Numbered from the stretch's first letter, positions 9,072 to 19,262 are shown. The stretch is DNA of 24,071 nucleotides from Candidatus Nitrospinota bacterium M3_3B_026 (GCA_051418015.1 JBPRGF010000007.1:1-24071), one strand, 5' to 3'. Notes: generated from the sequence alone by a model not told the origin. Made by a program: numbers and translations.

Positions 9072-10131
9072 AGCCAGGTTTCGGATCGAGCGCGAGGGTT
9101 TTACCCTCGACGCCGGGCTCTCCGTCCCGGAGACGGGGGTGACCGTCCTTTTCGGCCCCTCCGGCTCCGGCAAGACCACCTTTCTGCGCGCCATAGCCGG
9201 GCTGGAGCGGGCCATCGAGGGCTACCTCGCCGTCGGCGGCGACGTCTGGCAGGAGGGGGGGAGGTTCACGCCGCCTCATCGCCGCTCCGTCGGCTACGTC
9301 TTCCAGGAGCCAAGCCTTTTCCCGCATCTGACGACGCGGGGGAACCTGGAATACGCGTTGAAGCGAACCCCTCCAGGCGGGCGCCGGGTCGCTTTCGGCG
9401 AGGTGGTGGAGCTTCTCGGCATAAGCTCGTTGCTGGACAAACGCCCGAGGGAGCTTTCCGGCGGGCAGCGTCAGAGGGTGGCGATCGGCCGGGCGTTGTT
9501 GTCGAGCCCCAGGCTCATGCTTTTCGACGAGCCACTCGCCTCGCTGGACCACGAGAGCAGGAAAAAGATACTGCCGTACATCGGCGCCGTCCGGGACGCT
9601 CTCGGGGCGCCGGCTATTTACGTGACGCATTCGCTGGGCGAGGCGGCGCGCGTCGCGGACAACATCGCGGTAATGGAGAAGGGCGCCATCAGCCGGTCCG
9701 GGCCGGTCGAACAGATGCTCACGTCCCTCGACTCGCCGCTGGTCAGGCAAGATGACGCCATGGCGGTGTTGGAAACCGTCGTCCGCGGCGTGGACGGCGA
9801 GTTCGACCTCGTTCGCCTGGCGTTTTCAGGCGGTGAGCTTGTCATGCCCATGGCGAAGGCTCCGCGGGAGGGGAGCGTTGTCCGGGTTCTCGTGTCGGCG
9901 ACGGACGTCAGCCTTTCCCTGGACATACCCGGCCGCGTCAGCGCCCTGAACATCCTCGAGGCGAGGATCACCGGCATCGACACCGGCGGCGCCCCCACCG
10001 CCATGGTCAGGCTGGACGCGGGCGGCGCTCATCTTCTGGCGAAGATAACGCGCAGGTCCCGCGAGGCGCTCGGCCTGCGGACCGGTATGAAGGTCTTCGC
10101 CCACGTGAAAAGCGTGGCGCTGACTTTATGA
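9061..10131 (+). CDS. modC: Molybdate ABC transporter ATP-binding protein with TOBE domain
   Basis: [37 protein letters not shown]-terminal SALNIL...FAHVKSVAL. Confidence 0.95.
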   Translation: MTIEARFRIEREGFTLDAGLSVPETGVTVLFGPSGSGKTTFLRAIAGLERAIEGYLAVGGDVWQEGGRFTPPHRRSVGYVFQEPSLFPHLTTRGNLEYALKRTPPGGRRVAFGEVVELLGISSLLDKRPRELSGGQRQRVAIGRALLSSPRLMLFDEPLASLDHESRKKILPYIGAVRDALGAPAIYVTHSLGEAARVADNIAVMEKGAISRSGPVEQMLTSLDSPLVRQDDAMAVLETVVRGVDGEFDLVRLAFSGGELVMPMAKAPREGSVVRVLVSATDVSLSLDIPGRVSALNILEARITGIDTGGAPTAMVRLDAGGAHLLAKITRRSREALGLRTGMKVFAHVKSVALTL

Positions 10132-10150
10132 GCCGGAGCGAGGCGACCTA

Positions 10151-10208
10151 TGTCATCGAGGGGTGGCGAAGCATCCCGCTCGTCCACATCCGACGCATCA
10201 GAATGACA
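10151..10208. repeat. Degenerate second copy of the REP-like core at 273-417, between convergent operons
   Basis: TGTCAT (10151), GGCGAAGCATCCCGC (10165-79; 14/15 to 351-365) and TCAGAATGACA (10198-208; identical to 407-417) in the same order. Confidence 0.6.
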
Positions 10209-10233
10209 GTTTGACGCGGACGGGGCTCTTGGT

Positions 10234-11988
10234 CTATCTCTTCCTCCACTCGCGGATGAGGCGGACCTCCACACCGGCGAGGAGTATTATCGCGAGCCCG
10301 GTGGCCACGTAGACACCCATCGGCGTCGGTCTCTCAAGGTAGACGTAATGCCATGAGGAGATCGACTTTCTCATGCCGATGTCACCGTTCCAGCCGTCCC
10401 AGGCGTTTACCGCCACTGGTATGAACCGGCCCTGCTCGAACTGGATGTCGTTCTTGTCGTCCGTCAACAGCGGCCGCTTCATCACCAGCGTCCATTTCCC
10501 GTCTTTGAAGCCAGCTTTGGAGACCATCCCCTGCGATTCGGCGGGCTGCGTCTTGAACGGCTTCTTGAACCCTTTGGCGTTGAGCTCGAGGACCGGAGCG
10601 CCCTCCCTGTCCTCTCCCCCGACGACATATTTTTCTATCGACTTGAGCTTGGAGTCCCCGGCGATGGCGGCGGCCAAGTCTTTTTTCACGGGATCATAAT
10701 CCGCCCTCCACCACCACAGGTTCACGGCGTGGCTCCTGTCGCCGTTCAGAAAATGCGGCTTCTCCGTGCCCTTGGCCAGTTTTTTCGGGAACTGGAGCAT
10801 CACCGCGTCGCGGTACCTGCCGGGGTTGTAGTCTTCGGAGTATATGGGCACGTAGGTCGCCAGGTTTCCCTCATCGCCGGGTTTGGCCTGGTCGAGCTGA
10901 TGCAGGTCGTCGTGGCCTTCGTGAACGGTATTCGGGAACCTGTCGTGCCACTCCAGCCTGAAGGCTATCTCCTCGCCGTTGTAGAGCGCCTTGAGGTGAA
11001 CCATGTCGATGGTGATGTTCTGCCAACGCGGCTTTATGAGGACGTTGCCGGTCAGCCATACGTCCACCTGGTCCGCCGTCTCCCAGGCGGGGTCGGCCGG
11101 ATCGAGCGGCAGATCCCCCTCCATCAGTTTCACGGTAAGGTTCCTGCCCTTCTCCGGCTCGTAGATGAGGCTGTTCACGTAATACGCCAGCGCCCATCTT
11201 TCATCCTCGGGTACGGTCTGGGCGAAAGATGGCATCGGCGTGCCGTTCAGCCCGGTGGTAAACCTGAAGAAAATCTCCTCCACCGAGACGCCGCCTTTGT
11301 ATTTCCATCCCTTGGTCAGATCCCTGGGGACTATGGGAAACTGCCAGTCGTCCTTCATCCCCTCGGCGGAGACGCCGTTGCCGAGACCGGCGTCACCGTG
11401 GCACTGGAAGCATTTCGCCTTGGTGTACACTTCCTTGCCCTTGGCCACGATCTCAGGAGAGGCGGGGGGAGGATCACCGATCTTCATCACCTTGTTGTAG
11501 CGGTACTCGGCCCGCTCACCGGGGTCATCGGACTTGGCGTAATCCTCGTCCAGCATCCACAGGCTGAAATCCGGCGTCAGCCCGAAAGTCTGGATATAAT
11601 AGATGACCGCCCAGCGTTCCTCCTCGGTCAGGCCGGTTTTCATCGTCTCGTCGTCGAAGGACTGCATGGCCGTGCCGTTGATTCCCTTCGAGATGGTCTC
11701 GAACAGGTCCTCGTCCAGGGGGAGCGCTCCGCTGCCCGTCGACCTGAACTTGAAGACGTTCGTCTGGAAGTTTCTCGGCCTGGGGTTGAGGAACTCCGCC
11801 ACCGGGCCGTCGCCCCCGCCGTCTATGCCGTGGCAGAAGCTGCACCGTTTGACGTAGATTACGTGTCCTTTCTCGACGAGTTCAGGCGTTTTGGGCGGCT
11901 TTGGCTTTGTCGGCTTGATCGCGGCGGTGGCCGCGGAAGCGGAAACGATCACCAGCGCCGCCACCAGAAGCAATGAGGTTCGAAGCAT
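10234..11988 (-). CDS. Diheme cytochrome c fused to EbdC/NxrC-like (EB_dh/DOMON-like) domain, C-terminal membrane anchor (module B)
   Basis: Start MLRTSLLL at 11988 with GGAG RBS and signal peptide; CSFCH and CFQCH; PRPRNF, GTPMPSF; EB_dh-like ALYNGEEIAFRLEWHD, DAVMLQFP, AWDGWNGD..RKSISSW; C-terminal TM. Confidence 0.85.
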   Translation of the reverse strand: MLRTSLLLVAALVIVSASAATAAIKPTKPKPPKTPELVEKGHVIYVKRCSFCHGIDGGGDGPVAEFLNPRPRNFQTNVFKFRSTGSGALPLDEDLFETISKGINGTAMQSFDDETMKTGLTEEERWAVIYYIQTFGLTPDFSLWMLDEDYAKSDDPGERAEYRYNKVMKIGDPPPASPEIVAKGKEVYTKAKCFQCHGDAGLGNGVSAEGMKDDWQFPIVPRDLTKGWKYKGGVSVEEIFFRFTTGLNGTPMPSFAQTVPEDERWALAYYVNSLIYEPEKGRNLTVKLMEGDLPLDPADPAWETADQVDVWLTGNVLIKPRWQNITIDMVHLKALYNGEEIAFRLEWHDRFPNTVHEGHDDLHQLDQAKPGDEGNLATYVPIYSEDYNPGRYRDAVMLQFPKKLAKGTEKPHFLNGDRSHAVNLWWWRADYDPVKKDLAAAIAGDSKLKSIEKYVVGGEDREGAPVLELNAKGFKKPFKTQPAESQGMVSKAGFKDGKWTLVMKRPLLTDDKNDIQFEQGRFIPVAVNAWDGWNGDIGMRKSISSWHYVYLERPTPMGVYVATGLAIILLAGVEVRLIREWRKR

Positions 11989-11993
11989 ATCGG

Positions 11994-12947
11994 CTACTCC
12001 AGTTTCTCCCTTATACGCGGTGTTTTCTCCGCGAGGTTGTACTCTCCCATGATTATCGTCCAGCGCTCTTTCCCGGAGAGATCGAGCTCCCAGACCGGCA
12101 TCGCCGAGTCCCACGGCGTGGACTCCACCGGCAGGCCGAGGCCGCCTGTCGACACGCGCCAGAAAGTGTATCCCTCCACGATCGTCTCAATCGTGCCGTT
12201 GTCGGTGAAGTTAATGGGGCGCAGGCTGAACCCATAGGCCATAGGCCCGTCACCCGCCACGCTGTCGCCGTGGCAGGGGCGGCAGTTGACCTCGTACATA
12301 GCCCTCCCCTCGAAAAGACGTTTTTCGATCAGGGCCTCCCGCGCCGTCTCCCTGCTGACGCTCCCGCCTTCCAGCTCTTTCAGGAGCCTTTTCACCGGCC
12401 CCGTTGGGATGTGGTCTATATTCGTGAACGTCCTGCCCTTTTCGTGGACCTGGGGGAAAAATTCCACGCTGTCATTTTTCACCTGCTCGACGAACTCGTC
12501 CACCTCCGCGTCCGTGGGGTTGGCCATCGGGTTCTCCGCGTTTTCGAACTTTTTGGGGAAATTCGATGACGGATGCTGTATTCGAAGAGCCACCGGCGGC
12601 GCGATGGTGGGTTTAACCCAATAGAATACCCCCGCCCCGGCGGCGACGGGGACGAGGACCGCCACGATGACAAGAACCGCCATCCCATACTCGCCGCCGT
12701 AGGTCCTCCGAATCGGCGTCATGAAGTCCTCCAGCATCCCCTCGTCGGAGGTGACGTAGACGAACGCCCCGATGAGGATCAGGATGGTGTAGAACAAAAA
12801 CAGCGTGGACGGGACCGTTAGCGGGAATTCCAGCCCCGTCATCTTCCGCGACACCGCGGGAACCCCAAATTTTATGAGGGCCAGCACGGCCGCGAGCGTT
12901 CCGAGAACCCACAGGAACGCCAACCCTTTGTTCCGCTGATTACTCAT
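11994..12947 (-). CDS. Membrane-anchored monoheme cytochrome c (module B)
   Basis: Three N-terminal TM helices; CRPCH; FWRVSTGGLGLP...PWDSAMPVW with probable distal Met. Confidence 0.85.
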   Translation of the reverse strand: MSNQRNKGLAFLWVLGTLAAVLALIKFGVPAVSRKMTGLEFPLTVPSTLFLFYTILILIGAFVYVTSDEGMLEDFMTPIRRTYGGEYGMAVLVIVAVLVPVAAGAGVFYWVKPTIAPPVALRIQHPSSNFPKKFENAENPMANPTDAEVDEFVEQVKNDSVEFFPQVHEKGRTFTNIDHIPTGPVKRLLKELEGGSVSRETAREALIEKRLFEGRAMYEVNCRPCHGDSVAGDGPMAYGFSLRPINFTDNGTIETIVEGYTFWRVSTGGLGLPVESTPWDSAMPVWELDLSGKERWTIIMGEYNLAEKTPRIREKLE

Positions 12948-12971
12948 TGTCAGTCCTCTCGATAATATCGA

Positions 12972-14096
12972 TCATGCGGCGGTTTTCTCTTCGCCGGCGG
13001 CCTGCTCCTGCTCTTCTTCCGGAGGCGACTCCGCCGCGTCTTCCGGTGACGTTTCAGCCGCGGAAGGAGGCGGGGCGGCGCCGGTGAGGGTCCGGACATA
13101 GGCCAGCACGTCGTGGAACTCCGTTATGGAGAGTATCTCCGCGAAGTTGCCCGGCATGATCGACTTTTTCATGACCTTCCACTTCTTGATCTCCGACTTT
13201 GGAATGGTAACCACCTCGCCTGTTGACATCCCCAGAGTCAGGCTCTCCGGCGTCTCCTCCTTCTTCGTGCCGGAGATCCGCCGCCCGTCATTGGTCAGGA
13301 CCAGAACCGGCTCGTAGCCGCTTACGATCACCGCCGACGGTTTGACTATGGACTCGACTATGTACTGCAGCGTCCTCGTGCCGGAGACGCTGGTGAGGGG
13401 CGGGCCGACCTGCCCTCCCTTGTCGCCTATACTGTGGCACTTGGCGCAGCCGACCTTGCTTTTCAAGTCCCAGAAAAGGTTTTTCCCAGCTTCCGGATCG
13501 CCGGGCAGGTACGGCTCGAAGGGAACGACGCCCGCGGCGCCGGAGGCGGCCTCGGCCTCTATTTTCGAGAAAAGCTCCCTGGCGATGCCAGTGGGCTTGG
13601 TTATCTCGTCCATGGAGATGTCGTCGCCGCCGAGGGAGGCCAGAAACGATATCACCGCCTTCACCTCGTCCGGCGTCAGGCCGATGGGGGGCTTGTAGAC
13701 GTACGGCATCTCCGCTTTGTACCCGGCCACGACGTAGGCGGGAGGCTCGGCGACGCACTCGAAGAGGTAGTCCACTGCGTTCCACTCCTTGCCGGTCTTC
13801 GCGGCTCGCTCCTTTGCCCGCTCGAAGGCGCGCTCGCCTATGGGGACGGTGAAGTTCTCACCCTTCACGCCGAGGTTGGGGCACCGTATGGCGCTGCCCT
13901 TGTCGCCTATGGAGTGGCAGGTGCTGCATTTGCCCTTGCCGAAGAATATCTGCTCGCCCGCCTCAGGGTTTATCCCCTCCACGACGATTTTCTTTTCGAA
14001 CCCTCCCGTCATGTCGGTAATGGTGTAGCCGACGTAGACGTAGAGGCATATCAGGGCGACCAGGAAAAGGAAGACCCTGAGTACGGCTTTACCCAT
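12972..14096 (-). CDS. Membrane-anchored diheme cytochrome c (module B)
   Basis: N-terminal TM; CSTCH and CAKCH; YIVESIVKPSAVIVSGY...SIMP; acidic low-complexity tail. Confidence 0.85.
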   Translation of the reverse strand: MGKAVLRVFLFLVALICLYVYVGYTITDMTGGFEKKIVVEGINPEAGEQIFFGKGKCSTCHSIGDKGSAIRCPNLGVKGENFTVPIGERAFERAKERAAKTGKEWNAVDYLFECVAEPPAYVVAGYKAEMPYVYKPPIGLTPDEVKAVISFLASLGGDDISMDEITKPTGIARELFSKIEAEAASGAAGVVPFEPYLPGDPEAGKNLFWDLKSKVGCAKCHSIGDKGGQVGPPLTSVSGTRTLQYIVESIVKPSAVIVSGYEPVLVLTNDGRRISGTKKEETPESLTLGMSTGEVVTIPKSEIKKWKVMKKSIMPGNFAEILSITEFHDVLAYVRTLTGAAPPPSAAETSPEDAAESPPEEEQEQAAGEEKTAA

Positions 14097-16260
14097 GTTG
14101 ACCTCCAGCTATTGGATCGAGCTTCGCGCCCGCGGCGCTCTCGGCGCTTTTGCCGCCTCCCGACTTGGCTATGGCCGCAAGCCAGAACATGAACGCCACC
14201 GCGGCAAGGAAAACCAGCGTCGCCGCCGAGACCATGATCGTCATCGTGTAGTTCGTGGGAGTGAAGGCCCAGTCCGACGTGTCCTTCAGCACGCCGTAGA
14301 CGTGCCAGTTCGTCCTCAGGCCTGACCGTATAAAGCCCATCAGCCCCATGTTGAACGTGATGAATATGCAAAGCGTGAGCAGGGCGTACTGCGCCCGGAC
14401 GGATATCTGCCCCCAGCGCAGCTCACCGACCGTCTTCGCTCCGGCGAACAGGAAGATGTCCACCGTGGTCACGAGGATGATAGCGCTGATGAGCTGGATA
14501 AACTGGGCGACCGCCACGTTGCGCAGGAACGGGCTGGCCTTCTCCATGACCACAAACCCGTAAACGCCCAGGAAGATGACGACGCTGAAGATTATCCAGC
14601 CGAGGTACATGTACTGGGCAATGATTCCCTTGTCCCGTATCGCCATGACGGCGACGGCCGCGATCATTACCATCGTGATGGTCAGCAGCCACGCCACAGT
14701 GTGGAAATAGCCTTCCCTGTCCGCCGGAAGGTCCAGTTCCTTCGGGTCCAGCCCGAACAGGTAGACCACGTACTGCCCCACTATGAACAGGCACAGCAGG
14801 GCCGCCACGGAAATGACCACCATCGGCGCCCTGCCCTGCGCGGAGATGGGGATGCGCTCGCCCTTGTTCCCGCGCCGGTACAGGAGAAAGCTTGCGAACG
14901 TCGAGATGATTATCAGGTTGACCACGGCGTTCTTCGCCGGCATCAAGCCGAGGAACTTGAGGGTGGGATGGTACTGCGACCCTCCCATGTCGCTGACCTC
15001 CGCGCCGGTCAGGGGCAGGTTGTGCGGCGTCAGCCAGATGGCGAAAGATATCAGGATGAACGAGTTCAGGTACTTCACGAACCCGCGGTATCTCTCCGCG
15101 CCGGGGATGCGCCCCATCCCGGTCCACAGGTAGTAGCACGATATGAGGAACAGGCTGCCGACCAGCATGGCCTGCATAATGAACGTCCAGGAGAAGTCGC
15201 CCCCCATCATGTTATTGCCCATGACGGCGCTGTTGGAGTATACCTCGCGGCCAAGATAGTAGCCGGCGAAGGGAAGAGGGATCAGGCCCGATATTCCTAC
15301 GAAGTTGGCGATGTAGCCCATCCAGTCGTAATGGGCCTTCTCTTCCGGTGTCTTGGCTCCGATGAACTTCACGGCGGCGTAAGCGCCCGCCACGAACCCG
15401 CCGAAGGCGACGTTGCCGAGCATCCGGTGAATCCCCACGGGAATCCAGAGCGGGTTAGTGACGGCCTCCAGGGTCGTCCCCACGAACTTGCCCGTCTCCG
15501 GATCGATCCCCGATGGGCTCATCATGTACGCCGCCCAGGAGTTGGCCACCATCATGATGAGCGTGCCGAACACGTTCAGCCACACTCCAATGCAGATGTG
15601 CAGCCCCTTTTTACTCTTGACGAGGAAGAAGCTCAGCCCGGCCACCACGGTGACCACCATCCAGAACGCTCGCAACGAGCCGCTGTAATGCTCGTGGCCT
15701 ATCGCGCCGAACAGGAACAGAACGCCCGCGATGATGAAGACCGCCCCGATCGCGTAGAACGGGTAGCTGACGCTTTTCGGCCACGGGCTCGTGTCGCTCA
15801 TCCACTTCCACCCGTAGTAGTAGATGTAAAGACAGAACGTCTCGCCGAAAAAGAGCAGGGCATAGATGAACATCGCGTCCTTGAAAATGTCCGCCATGAA
15901 TCCGAAGAACGCTGGATAAAGGCCGACGAAGGCGAATATCAGCAGGCCGCCGATGGCGGCGGTCGTGGCATAGGCGACGGAAAGAAGGCTCGTGAACTCG
16001 TAGGCCAGGGCGTCGAGCTTCGCGTCCCGCGAGCGGTACCCGGCGTACTCTATCACCGCGGCGAAGATCGGGACGCCCAGCACGAAAGCCCCGAAGAACA
16101 GGTGCAGCTGCGCTATGAACCAGATGACTTTGCGGGAGGATAGGCCGAGTATCTGGTGGTAGTCCCCCTCCGCGGCGAAGGCCGCGGAGGCCGAAACTGC
16201 GACGAGCGCCGGGACGGCCAATAGCGCCGCCGCTGGCTTTCTCATAATATAGTCACGCAT
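14089..16260 (-). CDS. Cytochrome bd-like oxidase subunit I homolog (CydA-like, module B)
   Basis: QLHLFFGAFVLG, FFGET..YYYGW, ANSWAAYMMSP, IHRMLGN, terminal MGFIRSGLRTNW (GRQPW equivalent); many TM helices; no recognisable Q-loop. Confidence 0.88.
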   Translation of the reverse strand: MRDYIMRKPAAALLAVPALVAVSASAAFAAEGDYHQILGLSSRKVIWFIAQLHLFFGAFVLGVPIFAAVIEYAGYRSRDAKLDALAYEFTSLLSVAYATTAAIGGLLIFAFVGLYPAFFGFMADIFKDAMFIYALLFFGETFCLYIYYYGWKWMSDTSPWPKSVSYPFYAIGAVFIIAGVLFLFGAIGHEHYSGSLRAFWMVVTVVAGLSFFLVKSKKGLHICIGVWLNVFGTLIMMVANSWAAYMMSPSGIDPETGKFVGTTLEAVTNPLWIPVGIHRMLGNVAFGGFVAGAYAAVKFIGAKTPEEKAHYDWMGYIANFVGISGLIPLPFAGYYLGREVYSNSAVMGNNMMGGDFSWTFIMQAMLVGSLFLISCYYLWTGMGRIPGAERYRGFVKYLNSFILISFAIWLTPHNLPLTGAEVSDMGGSQYHPTLKFLGLMPAKNAVVNLIIISTFASFLLYRRGNKGERIPISAQGRAPMVVISVAALLCLFIVGQYVVYLFGLDPKELDLPADREGYFHTVAWLLTITMVMIAAVAVMAIRDKGIIAQYMYLGWIIFSVVIFLGVYGFVVMEKASPFLRNVAVAQFIQLISAIILVTTVDIFLFAGAKTVGELRWGQISVRAQYALLTLCIFITFNMGLMGFIRSGLRTNWHVYGVLKDTSDWAFTPTNYTMTIMVSAATLVFLAAVAFMFWLAAIAKSGGGKSAESAAGAKLDPIAGGQHG

Positions 16261-16271
16261 GGCTCACCCGC

Positions 16272-16964
16272 CTATTTCTTTTTCATGGTCAGGTTTAATT
16301 CCGTCTCGCCGCCGCCGATCTTCACGTCCTTGACCTCCTCGCCGAAAGCCTCGCTCCAGACCCTGACCTTGTAGCTTCCCGGCTCGATACCGGAGATGGA
16401 GAAATTCCCCTCCCCGTCCGTCACGGCGGCCGCTCCGCTCTCCGTAACCACGACCCACCCCTCCATCCACTCGTGGATGTCGCAGCGGACCTGGATCACC
16501 TCCGGAAACTCGAAGCTGTCACCCTTGATCTTCTTGACCTTCATGTCGCCGGGCTGGCTGAAGTTGAGCGGATCGTTCTCGAACCCGTAGGAATGGAAGT
16601 TATGCGTTATCCCATCCTCGTTTCTCACCTCCAAGGCCGACCCGGCGGCGATGACCTGCGCGTGCGGCTCAAACCGGCAGTTTTTCTGCGTGATGGCGCT
16701 CGCGCCGTGCTTGGCGGCCCCTGCCCCCTCGACAATGACGACGGCGTTCTTCAACCCGCCGGAGGCTGAGATAAGCTTGCTCTCCTTCAGCAGCTCGCCG
16801 GAGGCCCCGCAGACGTTCTTGTCCTTTGTTACGTTTATCTTCGGCGGCGGACCTCCGTTCTCCGCCGATATCTTCCCTTTCAAGACATCGGCGAATCCGG
16901 CTGGCGCGGCGAGCGCGGCCACGAACAATCCCAACAGCGTTATTACGGCGACTCTCTCTTTCAT
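16272..16964 (-). CDS. Periplasmic cupredoxin-like / carboxypeptidase-regulatory-like domain protein
   Basis: Signal peptide; QKNCRFEPH, THNFH, CDIHEWM; C-terminal TDGEGNFSISGIEPGSYKVRVW. Confidence 0.75.
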   Translation of the reverse strand: MKERVAVITLLGLFVAALAAPAGFADVLKGKISAENGGPPPKINVTKDKNVCGASGELLKESKLISASGGLKNAVVIVEGAGAAKHGASAITQKNCRFEPHAQVIAAGSALEVRNEDGITHNFHSYGFENDPLNFSQPGDMKVKKIKGDSFEFPEVIQVRCDIHEWMEGWVVVTESGAAAVTDGEGNFSISGIEPGSYKVRVWSEAFGEEVKDVKIGGGETELNLTMKKK

Positions 16965-16968
16965 GACT

Positions 16969-18489
16969 TCACCTCTTGTCAGTGTTCCTTGTTTTCATAA
17001 CCAGCGCGGCCTCGGAGGCGGCTATCAACAACCCGACAATGGCGGGGAACAGGTAGACGGTCATGGTCTTCGGGGGCTCCAGCAAAAGCCAGTACCATAT
17101 GGAGACCGCCCGCCTCTCGTCCTTCTCACCGTTGTTCCCATCCCACGCTGAAAAAGCTATCGGGATGTATCTGCCAGGCTCGAAACTGATATCCCCCTCC
17201 GATCCGCCCATGAGCGGCCGCGTGAAGACCGCTTTCCACCGCCCGGCGTTGTAGACGGCGTTGACCTTGACGGTCTGGGTCTCGCCGGGCATCGGCTCCG
17301 TTTTCAGTATTCCCTTGCCGCGGATGACCTCGGCGGCCACGCCGTTCGTCCACTTCCACAGGATCACGGGCGACTTTTCGTCTCCGCCGAGAAAATAGGG
17401 CTTCTCCATCCCCTCCGGGATCTCCGTGGGAAGCTGGACGGCGAGCGCGTCCGGCTCGTTCACCGGGAACTTGTCGTTCGGTTTCGGCAGGGGGCTTTGC
17501 GACGGATCATCCCATTCCACGAGGATGGCTATCCTGTCCTCGCCGTACATGGAGCGGACGGACACCGACTCCAGCGTGGTCTTGAACCACCGCTCGCCTT
17601 CTATGATCTGGGAGACCAGCGGGAAGTAGCGCGGCTCGATTTCGCTCCAGCGCGTATCGTCCGGGCTCTCCGGCGGCCCGGAGGCGTCGAATCTGGAGAC
17701 GACCACCTCTTTTATCTCCGGCCTTTCGCGCCGGACGATCGAGTCGACGAAACCCACGACCTTCCATATTTCCTCCTCCGTCATGGCGCCTTCCTGGCCG
17801 GGGTCGGTGGAAAGATGCGCGGGCATGGGCGTGCCGGTTATTCCCGTGGCTATCGTCCTGAAGATGTCCCCAGGGGAGTTTCCACCCCGGTAGGTCCAGC
17901 CCTTGGTGAGGTTCCTGGGCCAGATGCGGTCGCCCAAGTCGTGTTTCAAGGCTACCGCCGACAGGCCGGAGCCCCGGCCCTCGCCCCCGTGGCATTTCTC
18001 GCAGTTCTTCTGGAAAAGCTTTCCGCCCTGTTCTATATCCTCCGCCGTCCATTCAGGAGGAGAGCTTATCTTAAGTTGCTCGGCGATTTTTCCCCTCTCT
18101 ATCTTGCGCATGAACCGCCGGGAGAAGGTTTTTATGTATTCGATAACGCTGTCGATCTCCTTGTCCGAAAGCTTGTCCTTCCAGCCGGGCATGGAAGAGC
18201 CGGGCAGGCCCTCGGCGATCCACCTGCGCAGGGTGGAGTCGTGCGGCATCTTGCCGAAGGGGGTATATGTGAACTTGTATCTTGCGATCTTGAAGTTCCG
18301 CGGACGCGGCCGGAGCCTGTCCGCGGCGGGCCCGTCGCCCTCTCCCTTCTCGCCGTGGCAACCGGCGCACAGCCTGTCGTATATCTTCTTGCCCTCCGCC
18401 TGCTCCGCCGTAAGCTCTTTCGCCTGCGCGGGGATGGCGAAAAATGTCATCGCGGCGATCCCCATCGCGGCTGCAATGATCCTCATCAT
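16969..18489 (-). CDS. Diheme cytochrome c fused to EbdC/NxrC-like domain, C-terminal membrane anchor (module A)
   Basis: ATG18489 overlaps upstream stop; signal peptide; CAGCH and CEKCH; PRPRNF, GTPMPAH; DALAVQLP, AFSAWDGNNGE; C-terminal TM. Confidence 0.85.
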   Translation of the reverse strand: MMRIIAAAMGIAAMTFFAIPAQAKELTAEQAEGKKIYDRLCAGCHGEKGEGDGPAADRLRPRPRNFKIARYKFTYTPFGKMPHDSTLRRWIAEGLPGSSMPGWKDKLSDKEIDSVIEYIKTFSRRFMRKIERGKIAEQLKISSPPEWTAEDIEQGGKLFQKNCEKCHGGEGRGSGLSAVALKHDLGDRIWPRNLTKGWTYRGGNSPGDIFRTIATGITGTPMPAHLSTDPGQEGAMTEEEIWKVVGFVDSIVRRERPEIKEVVVSRFDASGPPESPDDTRWSEIEPRYFPLVSQIIEGERWFKTTLESVSVRSMYGEDRIAILVEWDDPSQSPLPKPNDKFPVNEPDALAVQLPTEIPEGMEKPYFLGGDEKSPVILWKWTNGVAAEVIRGKGILKTEPMPGETQTVKVNAVYNAGRWKAVFTRPLMGGSEGDISFEPGRYIPIAFSAWDGNNGEKDERRAVSIWYWLLLEPPKTMTVYLFPAIVGLLIAASEAALVMKTRNTDKR

Positions 18490-19262
18490 TCGTGTCCCTC
18501 TTTCATCACCCTCGGCGCATGGCCGGTATAGTCGTACAGGAAGAGAATCACCTTCCACACCTCGTCCTCCGTCAGGTAGTTCTGCCAGACCGGCATGGGA
18601 GACGCCCAGGGGGCGCCCTCGTTGGGGAGCCCGGGGCCGCCGGTGGAGATGCGCCAGAACAGGAACGACTCCTGCAGCTGGGCGATCGTCCCCACGTCCT
18701 GGAAGTTCGCCGGGAGGGGGTTGTTGAACCCGACGGCGTAATGCCCCTTGCCGGCGAGCTTGTCGCCGTGACAGAAGAAGCAGTTCTTGTAATAGACGTC
18801 CCGCCCCTCCAGGACGGCCCGGCGAAACTTCTCCGGGTCTTCCTTCTCGAGCTTCCTGTACGGGTTCTCAAGCGTTATGAGGTTGAAGGTCTTCCCGAAC
18901 GCCTGCAAGGATGACGGGGGAGCGGGATGGACCGTGCGAAGCTCCACGGGCGCCTCCAGCGTCGGCTTGGTGAGCCAGTAGGCTCCCGCCGCGGCCACGG
19001 GCGGAAGGATCACGAAGACGATATTCCGCATGATTCGCAGCCTGCCGTCGAACAGCAGCGAGTTTATGGGCGCCGCAAGCTCCGCGGCCGACTCGGCGCT
19101 TGACGTGTAGACCGCCAGGACCCCCGCCACGACAAAGAACATGTACATCTTCATGACGCTCGCGGGGATCGGCTCATGCAGAACGTGGGTGAACAGGATG
19201 ACCAGCGCGGTGTAAACCCCCACTGTTATCAAAAGCGCCTGCGCGAGCTTTGGTATTCTCAT
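18486..19262 (-). CDS. Membrane-anchored monoheme cytochrome c (module A)
   Basis: Three TM helices; CFFCH; FWRISTGGPGLP...PWASPMPVW. Confidence 0.85.
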   Translation of the reverse strand: MRIPKLAQALLITVGVYTALVILFTHVLHEPIPASVMKMYMFFVVAGVLAVYTSSAESAAELAAPINSLLFDGRLRIMRNIVFVILPPVAAAGAYWLTKPTLEAPVELRTVHPAPPSSLQAFGKTFNLITLENPYRKLEKEDPEKFRRAVLEGRDVYYKNCFFCHGDKLAGKGHYAVGFNNPLPANFQDVGTIAQLQESFLFWRISTGGPGLPNEGAPWASPMPVWQNYLTEDEVWKVILFLYDYTGHAPRVMKEGHE

